DNA of 64,000 bases from the human T2T-CHM13v2.0 reference genome, Homo sapiens, in NCBI RefSeq assembly GCF_009914755.1, contig NC_060934.1; one strand, given 5' to 3'. The stretch's first letter is position 1; each line of letters starts with the position of its first letter. Below are positions 52,921 through 64,000 of the stretch, piece after piece. The position numbers and the translations under genes were made by a program. Under the pieces are notes generated by a model. That model was not told where the DNA came from and did not search any database. It saw nothing but the letters and a program-made list of their open reading frames with translations.

Positions 52921-55917
52921 AACCAACTTAAAGAATGACTGGCTAATGACAGACTAAGAAAGATCTTAGTTTATAGGACTTGCTGAGATTTGGGAAGGAC
53001 TATTTAGACATGATCTTCTTCACTCACAGATGAGCATGTGTCTCTGCATTGGTGGGTGAAATAATTGAGGTCCAGGGAGGATAAAGGACTGACGAAGGAA
53101 ATGGCAAGACCAGCACCCAGGTCTAGCGTTTGGAGGTAAATTTTTTTCTGATAAACTTAACCTTCTGAATAATACTCCCAAGAAGAAGGTTTCATTTTTT
53201 GCCTCACACATGCCTGAGATATATTTATCTGAGTCCTTTTGTATTCAACACTAGCTCTGGTTTAAGTGATGAAAAAGGTTAGAGATCTGGAATAGTGCAA
53301 GGCTCTCCACCCTAAATGCTGCAGAATGTTAGTAGCCCATTTTCAGGAGATTAAAGGATAACACTCGGCCAATAATAGCAAGATACCATAGACTTTTAAT
53401 ATCATCTGACAAAGACTATGGAAAAATGGCTTGTTCCCAATCAAGGGAGATCTATAATGGCTTGATCATCAGAAATGAAAAATCAATCCCAATTCTCATC
53501 CATTCTTTTAGCTACCATGCATATTATTTTTACCATGGATATTTACAGCTACATTTCCATCCAGACTTCTGGCAATGCCTAAATTCTTCCATAACAAGAA
53601 AACAAACTCATTTCTTTTAAAAACCAGTCTCTTCCCCATAGGCAAAGTGGATAAACAGCCTACTCAAATTTGATGTCATTATCTGAAATATCTAGCAAAA
53701 GACTAGTTGTATAAAAAATGATATTTCAGCATTGGTGCAAAAGAAGGCTACCCATTCTGACAGTTCTGTGGTATTTTGTCCTTTTAACTTAATGCTTGGA
53801 ATGTAGGATTTCACACCTGAGACTCTTCAAAATTTTTACTTCATGGGTATTTGGTTTTTTTTGTAATACCGTAATACTTTAAGACTGTTACTTTTCTTTC
53901 TTATTCAGCCTTACTGATGCACTGGTCTGAACATCTTTGTGAGTTTCACTTATATATATATAAAGGAGCCACCACCATCTAATGTATTATAAAAGATACT
54001 ATAATTAGCGTGTAACTGGCAATCCCACCAGGCAAGCAAGCAATTTTCCAGGCCATGGGAATTTTCTTCTAGACAAATAGGAAAGTTCCAACAGCCATAT
54101 AAATTAAATAGGGTAAAAAGTTGGTTAACTGGTACTAAAGTAACTAGAACCCTTAATTAAACTAAGTGATTATTTTGGGGAAGTTAAAAGAGGGTACAGG
54201 GAATCATTCTTTATATTTAGGAGAAAAAAAGCCACTGGCAAAAAAATAAATAACAATTGAGATTTAGTTACACAAGAAAATTATAGAACATATCCAGATT
54301 TGTAATAACACATAAAAATATAATGCTAAAAAGGATAATTTTGATGCTTTACAAGACCTTAGTTGTTAATTAGGTTCATTATTTCATTAAGGCAGGAAGA
54401 TTTTCACCAAGAAATTTTTATTCACTAAGAAATGAATATTTCCTGAAGCCTTTTGAATCTTGCCAGCACCCTTCATGACCAACATCATTGCACTTACTAA
54501 GTTCCTGCTTCTTGTTGAGCAGAGCCAATTAACTGAAAAAGCTAATGATGGAAGGACAACCAATTGGGATCTAGTAAGATCTAGCCCTGTAGCTGGTAAC
54601 ATTGTGCCAGGAATTTAATATGCCTGAGCAGGCTCATCTGTAAGATGGTTATGATAGTACTGTTTATATCATAAGTTGGTTAGGAGGGTTAAATGCCTAG
54701 CTCAATGCACCGTAAACAACGAGTGCTCCAAAAAATGTGGCTAGCACACACACACACCAAGCATTTCAAACAAGACCTATAAGCAGATGGACTTCTGACT
54801 ATAAACTTTCTTATAAATTCCACATAAACTCTCTCTAGCTAAGAGGGAGAGTCAAATACCACATTTAAATGTATGTATGAGAAATGTATTCTCTGTTTCC
54901 AGTGATTTCAGAATCAGAGATCATTTTGGATGGTTTATTTTAAAGTCTTCCACAATCTATACCCATAGATACAAATATATGTGTCTGTGGGTGTTTTGGA
55001 AAATAGGATTGGGTGGAGGCAGGGAAATGTATGTGGTTGAATTCAGTTAAGCAACTGGCTGTTTTGCGACTAATGATTTGTAAGTAGCAGTTTGGCTGAA
55101 TTTAACTTTTTTTGTCTTTAAAAAATGTAGTTTTCTGAAATTTATCTAAAAAAGTTGATCTATATCAAGCTTTAGGGTAACTTCGTCATGGTTTCCTTGC
55201 TTTCTGGAAATTCTACGCACGTCATAGAGTAAATGTCAAATTTTAAATAGGAAATCAATATTCTTCTCTAAGAGGCTTTGAGAATAAATAGCTATTTTAA
55301 TTCTTTCTCAGGAAGGGATTTCATAAGGAATTGTAATGACGGAAGCAGACAAAGTTTAAAGCGAGTTTTTAGCAAGTTATTTACATCTCATGTTATGTTT
55401 TCCAGGCAGTTAACAAACAGCCAGATCATCAGAGTAAGGTGTAACTCATAAAGCTTTTTCCTTCTAAATTCACACATATACGTACGTGTGTGTGTGAATA
55501 GTATATGCAATTTAAAGGTTGTGAGATTGGTAGCAAATGCACTTTTCTGTAAATCTCCTGGCTTCTTTTCCTTCCTTTGACCAGAAACAAGCAGCCCTGA
55601 TAATTATATTCTCTACCACTAGGGGGTGACAGCTGATAATCTATCCACATACTTTAAAGTAAGACAAACCACAGGCTTGATTATGTAGGTATTAATCTTT
55701 CTTTTATTGGTCGCCTGGTGAGATTTGGTTTGATGAGTTTTATTTGCTGAACACGCTCTACATCCAACATCATTCTTCTGTCGTGATGCATAGCATGGGC
55801 CTGTTGGAATAACAGCTGGTGCTGGACAGCTTTGTAGATTTCAAGTAACTGTGTATGGGAAATTAGTTAACAGATAGGAGCATTTATTCACTCATGCATT
55901 CATTTCATAAATATTGA

Positions 55918-56348
<431 letters not shown>

Positions 56349-57229
56349 TAAACAAACACATACATAAAGTAATTTTGAGTGTTAACAAGATAGATAAAGG
56401 AAAAAAACATGAAGGGCAGATACAGAATAACTGGCATTAAGGAAGAGATATAACATTAGATCAAGTCACTCCCTTATCTAAGGCCTTTGCTATTCTCTTA
56501 TGTAAGCAGAAGATTCAGAGGCACACTGTGCCTTACTCCGGGTGCTTTCCACTTGAATAGATTCTGGCAAAATCCTCATAACTCAGCATTTCGGTGCCTT
56601 TGAAGCTTGCAATAGCTGATGAATGGTATCTAGCACCAGTATCCTTCCTCAGTATGCTTCTCACAGTACTTAGAAAGCTTTATTAAGGTAGGCATCAAGC
56701 AGAAAGAATTTGCCTGGTCTCTATTCCTTCTGCATTACAGCCTCACTAACTTGCAAGCATTTTGTCTAATTAGCTAGAGTGCTTCTTGAGAAATACACAC
56801 ACAAACACATTTCAAATAGAAAATAGTGCTCATTTAAGGTCATTTAGCATGGAAAATAAAATTATTCTAATGGTATGAATATCGGTAAGACTATCACCTT
56901 GCTGTTGTTGATACTACACTTATGGTTTCTGGTCAGTATAGATATTTTAATTCCATTTCCCACTTTCTTAGTTTTTCTCCCTTACTTGAAATCTCCTTCA
57001 TCTTTACCAATTTAAATTCTTCTCATCTTTCAACTAATAATGGGTCTATTCTTTCTCTTCTCGGTCTCTGTCTTCCTCTCTCTCTTTACATTTTCCTCAT
57101 GCCATGTGTATTCCTTCATTGTGTTTATTCCAGAAGCACTCACGTGATTGAGCAATTGATTAAATAATCTTTACTTAGAATTTTATGATTATTTCAACTC
57201 TAGCAAAAAAAAAAAAAATGTTGACTCAC

Positions 57230-57666
57230 TACCTAACAATGCCTCCCTTTCCCAGATTCTCTTGCAGCTAGGGATGGGACGTGTAGCTCGGTTTAGCCAA
57301 TGAAGCATAGGGGAAATACACTGATATCTTCTGAGAAAGACATATTCTTTATAACAAAGATGGGAAAGCATATGTGCAAGCCCTCTAATAGCTGTGGCTC
57401 TTCCTTTGCCCTGACTTTGCATGAGGTTATAAAGGATTTAATGTCTGGATCTGCAAAATTATCTTGTGAACAAAATGGGAAACCCAAGGGACTCTTGAAG
57501 ATGTCAACCCAGTGACCTTGACAATGTGGAGCTGGTAAATCAGCTCTGAAATGACCATCCTCCAGCTTCTTATATCTTCTATTACTTAATTTAATGTCTT
57601 TATTGTTTATGCCACTAATAATTTGGTGTACTGTTACTGAGAGCCAAACATATCCTAACTGACACA
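57230..57666 (+). mobile_element. MLT1 (I/J-like) MaLR LTR
   Basis: tttcccagattctcttgcagctaggga...gccaatga...tgttactgagagccaaacatatcctaactgacaca. Confidence 0.75.
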
Positions 57667-58047
57667 ATCTAAATATTAAAATCCCTCAAAAATATCATCT
57701 CACTTTTAATTTTGATACTTCTTAGAACCTGGCCCAGTGCTTGAGACAGAGTGGTGGCTAAATAAACATGTGCAATCTGCATGTTTTTCCTTTGTCCTGT
57801 CCGCACTTTCTCCCGCACAAAATGGACTTCTTGAAATTAGTCTCATATGCTTATCTAAGAGACTGCTAAATTGGAATAAGGAACTTTGCCTATGGAGTCT
57901 GTTATACAAAATGCACGTATGTCAGAGGATACCTTAGGCTCATTTTGCCATGCAAATGCTAATAATTATAAGCTTTATGAATGCATAGTTTTATTTATTT
58001 ATTTATTTATTTATTTATTTTTGTATCTCCTCTTCTTGTTTCTTTCT

Positions 58048-58265
58048 CTTTTTTTTTAAACTTTTATTTTAGGTTCGGGGGTACATGTGAAGGTTTGTTA
58101 CATAGGTAAACTTGTGTCACTGGGTCACGGGATGGGGGTTTTTCTACATATTATTTTATCACCCAGGTATTAAGCCTAGTACCTAATAGTTATCTTTTCT
58201 GCTCCTCTCCCTCCTCCCAACCTCCACCCTCAAGCAGACTGCAATGTCTGTTGTTTCCTTCTTTG
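58048..58265 (-). mobile_element. Older L1PA 3' end fragment, preceded by (TTTA)n at ~57990-58022
   Basis: ttttattttaggttcgggggtacatgtgaaggtttgttacataggtaaact...tcacccaggtattaagcctagtacc. Confidence 0.8.
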
Positions 58266-58864
58266 CATAAAAATTTACTTTTAGAGGGCAGAGGTTTTTC
58301 TTCTATCTTTATGTCTACCAGCACTGTGCCTTGTACAGAGTTTACAGACAATGGGTGAATAAGTAGGGGGAGAGAGAAGGGAAGAAAGTTAGAAGCAGCA
58401 AAATGCATTTAGCAAATTGACAGATATGAGATAGAGAATTTTAAGTTCCTTGAAATGAAAATACTGCCTTACTAATTGTGTATCTCTATAGTAGTGTTTG
58501 TAAAAGTGTCATCTCATTATTCAGAATCAGCTGGAGCTTTGCTGAAATCCGATTCCTGGTCCCTACCTTAAAACTACAGAAACAAAATGTCTGAAAGTAC
58601 ACCCAGGAATCACTTGTGATTTACTCACTTGTGAATTACTGCCTCAGTGCCTGGCAAAGTCCTTCCTACATATTAGATATTTAGTAAATAACAGAATGAA
58701 TACATCATCCGATCTCTAAAGTCATTCCTTTAAAACCTAATGTCTTTATGTGATGAGGCAAATATTTCCCTCACAAAAGAGAAAAGGCCCTCTTCAAGTG
58801 GGCAAAATATTTTCCTTGATAACTAAGAAGACAAATAAATTATTTAAATATTCACTTACTCATA

Positions 58865-59090
58865 ATTGATGATTATTATGAGTATTCTTTGTGCTTTATC
58901 TACATTGTTTGGTTGAATCCCCATAAAAAGTCCAAGAAGCAGATATTATTATTATCCCCATTTTATAGATAAGAAATGAATAACCAGTGAGGTTAAATTG
59001 CTTGGCTAAGGTCATACAGCCAGTATGTTGCAGAGCTGAGAGTCAAATCTAAGGATGTCTGATTCTAAAGTCCATACTTAGAACCATTCT
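58865..59090 (-). mobile_element. MIR
   Basis: attattatccccattttatagataagaaa...gaggttaaattgcttggctaaggtcatacagc. Confidence 0.8.
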
Positions 59091-61989
59091 ACACCCATTG
59101 GCAGTTTCTTTTTGCTCCCAGGTCCCACGTTGTTCATGAAGCCTTCTTTGACTTTTTGCATCGATTTTATCTATACCATATATATTAGTTCTTTAAATAG
59201 CAAAATCCTAGAATGCTAGAGAAAGAAGAACACAGGGGCCATCTAGACCATTTTCTTTATTTTATAGATAAGAAAATTGAGGCTCAGAGACATGATCTTA
59301 TTAGAAGTCATACAGACCTCAGTCATCCACACAGGGCAGAACCTTACTGATTCTTGGGGCCTGCTTCTAGAGTCTCTGGGTGCGTAAATCAGATGCAAGG
59401 GCCTGGTAATACAGCTCCATGGTTGTGTCCAGTCATCAGCCAAAGTTGGGAATCACATATTCTATATCACTTGGCATTTCATCTGTGTTGTCTTATCTCT
59501 CCAACCTTACTTTAATTGGAAGCTTGCTCTATATTTTGGGATCCCTACAATGTCCAGCAAATAACTGGACCTATTTTACATGTTTAATATATGCTTGTGA
59601 ATTGAATCGAAGAAAGTTTGAGATACTGGATATTTCACTAGGAGGTGGCAGGGAAATGGATTATAGCAATTTAGTAAGGCCACATAACAGCAAATACTTC
59701 AGGTGGGAGGCAGAATAGATGGTGATTATAAGATTTGGCTTGTCTCGTTTGCTTCAGCTCATAATGATTCCGGAGCCCCGTCAATCAAAGATTTCAGATT
59801 GCAGAGTCTTGATTTCTGATTTTCTTTTGCCTTCCCAAGCTGGGTAGACATGCTTAGCAAACGTGATCCCCAGATGCTTGGGACATGTCTTACACTGCTA
59901 TAAGCACACAGAACCAAACCCCAGTGACACTCTTGCCTTGGAGTGGCAGAGCCTTATATGGAAACAGAGTGTACTTTTCGTTTTACTGGGGGATCTTTAA
60001 ATAGCAAGGAACAGCAACTCAAAGCTTTCCAAAGAGCTACTTAAAGTTATTTTTCTCCATGACAACAGCCTGGCAATAAGGATAGAATTTAAAGAGCCAG
60101 GATCCCAAGTCGAAAGAGAGAAGGAAAATTTCCCTGCTAAATTGAATGCTCAGAGATGAATCAAAGCCAGAGTGTAAATTCCATACATTGACTCACAACT
60201 ATAGAACAGATGAGATGAGCAATCAAACTACATTCTTTAATTAACTGTATGCAAAATCGCGGATATTTAAAGGTGTTCACTTGGTGGTGGGTGGGGTGGA
60301 GGGAGATACTCACAGGCTTACGTTACAATTGCTGGTGCTGAAACGATGGCTTCATTTTCTTGCTTGTTACCTTTAGAAGTTTGGAGGGATGGATGTCATT
60401 TGGCTGCTTAAAGGTCAACTTCTAAATAATCCTCCTGGCCTTCTTCCTGTGCCTGCACCTAGCAGAAACACCTTTGCCCTGTCTCTTGAAATCCTACTCC
60501 TCCACATATGCTATGGTGGACTCAACTCCTGGTTCTTCTTTTCCAACAAGGGAAAATATTCAGATGTCTTCTCAGGGAGTCCTCACATTGGCTTTTTATT
60601 TTTCTAATCTGAGAGGCTGGCTTTATCCCCAACATGGGGGGAATTTCTGAGATTTACCTTCCACTTCTGATCATCCCCAGGAATGAGGACGGACTTGCCC
60701 TGATAACTTCCTTACCCTCCACTCCTGACCAAGTTCTAGTCCACTGGAGCACCATTAGCTTTAGAATTGATCAACCCCAGAAACAGAACAGATTCAATTG
60801 TCCGTCGCATACAGGGATGCACTCAACAGTGCTCCCTGCAAGGGCTCAACCGGGCTTTGAATTCTGAATCACCGGACACTCTGTTTAGTGACACGTAGCT
60901 CTCTAGCTACAGTGGCAGTTTTTACCACTGACCAGTGCCCGTGATGACCTTTCATTTGGCAAACATTGAGTGCCCTTTATAAGTCAAGCACTAAGTACAG
61001 CACTGAAGCAGTGAATAAATCAGTTATCAGCTTCTTCCTTCTGAGGTGAAAGGGATTTTCCTGTAATGATTGGTTCTAGTTCTGCCCTTTGAAAGCATAT
61101 AATTAGTTATTCCATTCCTTCAGAAAACTGGAGACAAACAGAGACCCTCAATGTCTGTTGTCACTCTGATCACTCCTTCTTTTGTGTATGCCCCAGTTGG
61201 TCAGTGACCCTTTCAAAGGAGACTGCTTAGAATTTTACCTTCCTTCTCGGGTTCCTCTGCCTTGTGTTTAGATGCTCTGGTTTTATTACAGTTCCCTGGT
61301 TCGGAGCAGTTACATGGCTTATCATGTTTCCAGAGCCTAGAGGTGCAAGCTTGCATATGTATATGTCTCTTGGGGAGAAGGAGTTAAAAACATTAACTTC
61401 AACCTGGGGAGTTGTTTTTCTTCTCCTGCTCTTTAACCAGAAAATAAATGTGATTGTAGCTTTGAAAACTGAAATGCTAGCTTTTAAACAACTGGCAAAT
61501 AATAGCGTTCAAGATTTCAAGGGGAAAATGGGCTCCATAAAACTTCTGTGCTCAGAACCCCCACATTGTCCTTTTAGTTGGTAAATTGAGAATAAGTGGC
61601 AATGAGGAGGTAATCGCCTTTAACTGCATTTCACTGAGAACTAATGTCCCTGTGACCAGTAAATAATGTTAACTTAAAAAAAAATTAAGCCAGGCCTCTC
61701 CACTGTGACAACTTAAATATGCAATGATTACAGTCTTGAACTTTTGCCCCCATGGAGTACAGCTTGACTGTGAGGAAAGGGGTACATTCATCTGTTCCAC
61801 CAAAGCATTCTCAATGCCATCCATGACAAAAGTTTTGGACTGATATTATCAAGGATTAGGCAATCCCTCTGCTCTTAGACTTGGCATCTTCTAGGGCTGA
61901 GAAGTGTCAGACTGACTCCAGGAAGCATCAGCCATTTCCTCTCACTCCAGGGACAGGAAGGACTGACTTATTCCCCTGCTGATTATTTT

Positions 61990-62476
61990 CTGCCCCCATT
62001 TCCCATCTTGTTCTGCTCCCCAGATGCATTCTCTGCTCTTCTCTGTGCCCTGGGAGGCTGATCCCTGCAGATACATCTCTTGGTGTGCTGGCTGATTTTG
62101 AGTTGAGTTTGGCCATTGAGAGGCCCCGGTAGGAGACAGGAGAGTGGGAAGAGAGGTCAGTGTATAACTTCTGAGCCCTCTGCTTCTGTAGTATGTCTCT
62201 AGAAGTAGCTGCGCTCAATTACTTCAAATTACAGCTTCTGCCAATTAGCTCCTTATCTATGGTTCTAGTTTTCAGTAGACTCTAGCAATTGTCTTGGCCC
62301 TGGGCCCCAGGGCTGGTAATGGCCCTAGGAGGCTGGTAATAGCCTCCTATTGTTGCTAGTCTCTGGATGCATCAACCACCCTAACTTTTCCTTAACCTGC
62401 CCTCTCCTCTGTCCTTACATCTTCTTCATTCAAATCACCTGGAATGAATTCTTTCCTGCATGGGCCCTGGCAGTTA
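61990..62476 (+). mobile_element. ERVL LTR (LTR41-like)
   Basis: ctctgtgccctgggaggctgatccctgcaga...tttggccattgagaggc...ggagacaggagagtgggaagagaggtcag. Confidence 0.6.
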
Positions 62477-62580
62477 AACTTCTGAATGTTCGAATCTCTT
62501 CTTGTAAGTCATGTAATGCCATGCCATCAACTCCAGGGAAGCCTTCTTACCTCTTTCAGGCAGATGCAGTCCCCAGTTCT

Positions 62581-63288
62581 TTTATTTTATTTTATTTTAT
62601 TATTATTATACTTTAAGTTTTAGGATACATGGGCACATAGTGCAGGTCAGTTACATATGTATACATGTGCCATGCTGGTGTGCTGCACCCATTAACTCGT
62701 CAGTTAGTATTAGGTATATCTCCTAATGCTATCCCTCCCCCCTCTCCCCACCCCACAACAGTCCCCAGAGTGTGATGTTCCCCTTCCTGTGTCCATGTGA
62801 TCTCATTGTTCAATTCCCACCTATGAGTGAGAACACGAGGTGTTTGGTTTTTTGTCCTTGCGATAGTTTACTGAGAATGATGATTTCCAATTTCATCCAT
62901 GTCCCTACAAAGGACATGAACTCATCATTTTTTATGGCTGCATAGTATTCCATGGTGTATATGTGCCACATTTTCTTAATCCAGTCTATCATTGTTGGAC
63001 ATTTGGGTTGGTTCCAAGTCTTTGCTATTGTGAATAGTGCCACAATAAACATACATGTGCATGTGTCTTTATAGCAGCATGATTTATAGTCCTTTGGGTA
63101 TATACCCAGTAATGGGATGGCTGGGTCAAATGGTATTTCTAGTTCTAGATCCCTGAGGAATCACCACACTGACTTCCACAATGGTTGAACTAGTTTACAG
63201 TCCCACCAACAGTGTAAAAGTGTTCCTATTTCTCCACATCCTCTCCAGCACCTGTTGTTTCCTGACTTTTTAATGATTGCCATTCTAA
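62581..63288 (-). mobile_element. Young 5'-truncated L1 (L1PA3-like)
   Basis: 3'UTR agttacatatgtatacatgtgccatgctggtgtgctgcacccattaactcgtc; perfect 15-bp TSD GCAGTCCCCAGTTCT at 62566-62580 and 63289-63303. Confidence 0.93.
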
Positions 63289-64000
63289 GCAGTCCCCAGT
63301 TCTAAGAGCAGGGGTGAGGCAGCCCCAACCAGGTCGCTCATCAGAATTGCATGGAGAGCTTTGAAAAAGATGCAGATCCTGAGACCCCACCTATTGAATG
63401 GCACTTTTCTAGAGTGAGGTTTTACAGTTTCTATTTTTAAAAAGATCTGAGCAAGAGGGCAAGGTGGTGATAATTGTGCAAGTTAGGTGCTGGATACGTG
63501 GGATTTGTTACACCATTTTCTCTACTTTTGTGTATGTTTGAAAGTTTTCACTACAAAAAAGAATCATATTAAGATTCTAAGTTGAGAACCACTGATTCAA
63601 AGTGGAAATCTGATATTTGTTTTGCTCATCTCATTGTTCTTTTTCTTCATTGGCCTCGGTCAGACCATGGTAGGGTCCCCATATGTGTAAACAATTGGAA
63701 CGAGGCAGAGATCCAGCATCTTCTATTGACTGTAGTCTTAGGCACCATGAACCCAGGAACTCTGGTCTTGTCTCATCGGATACCTTTATAGATTGGGTTG
63801 AGCTGATTTGGCCAAATCTATTGGTCTTTTTTGAGCAGTTCCCACTCACATAGACACAATTTGTGACCTTTAACCAAATTCTGTAAGTGTAAGGTTGGAA
63901 AACCCAAGTCACTGCACTCTGGGATGGCTCTCCTTCCCTTCTTTATGAGAAAGTTCTCAGGAGTCCCGCAGTTCTATTTGTACTGTACCAGAAAAGGACC

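Noticed and set aside
62296-62350. Small hairpins ccctggg/cccaggg and taggaggct/agcctccta
   Set aside because: Short stems inside an LTR; too small for a pre-miRNA and no other support.

Overview
Human (or closely related great-ape) genomic DNA. The window holds the 3' half of ZNF365 on the + strand (10q21.2, recognised from the protein sequence). Three coding exons of the short isoform (A) can be read with canonical GT-AG boundaries and consistent phases: 6245-6425, 16581-16618 and 17369-17630 (stop TAA). A ~2.65 kb 3'UTR follows, ending at AATAAA 20267-20272. The remaining ~44 kb has no recognisable host exon; from prior knowledge it is intron of the longer ZNF365 isoforms. It is dense in decayed transposons: Alu, L1, L2, MIR, CR1/L3, Tigger, hAT, MaLR/ERV1/ERVL LTRs and an ERVL pol relic. 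Apart from the ZNF365 exons and L1/ERVL/CR1 remnants, the ORF-track entries look like noise. I found no evidence of a new multi-gene system. The most unusual directly visible structures are a 178-bp templated duplication pasted into an L3 element just past the poly(A) site, a 3'-truncated yet poly(A)-tailed AluY with intact TSDs, a cluster of micro-duplications at 41.07-41.37 kb, two 5'-inverted L1s, nested transposons, and an ancient CR1 relic with a still-readable frame. Repeat subfamily names and many repeat boundaries come from recalled consensus sequences and are approximate.
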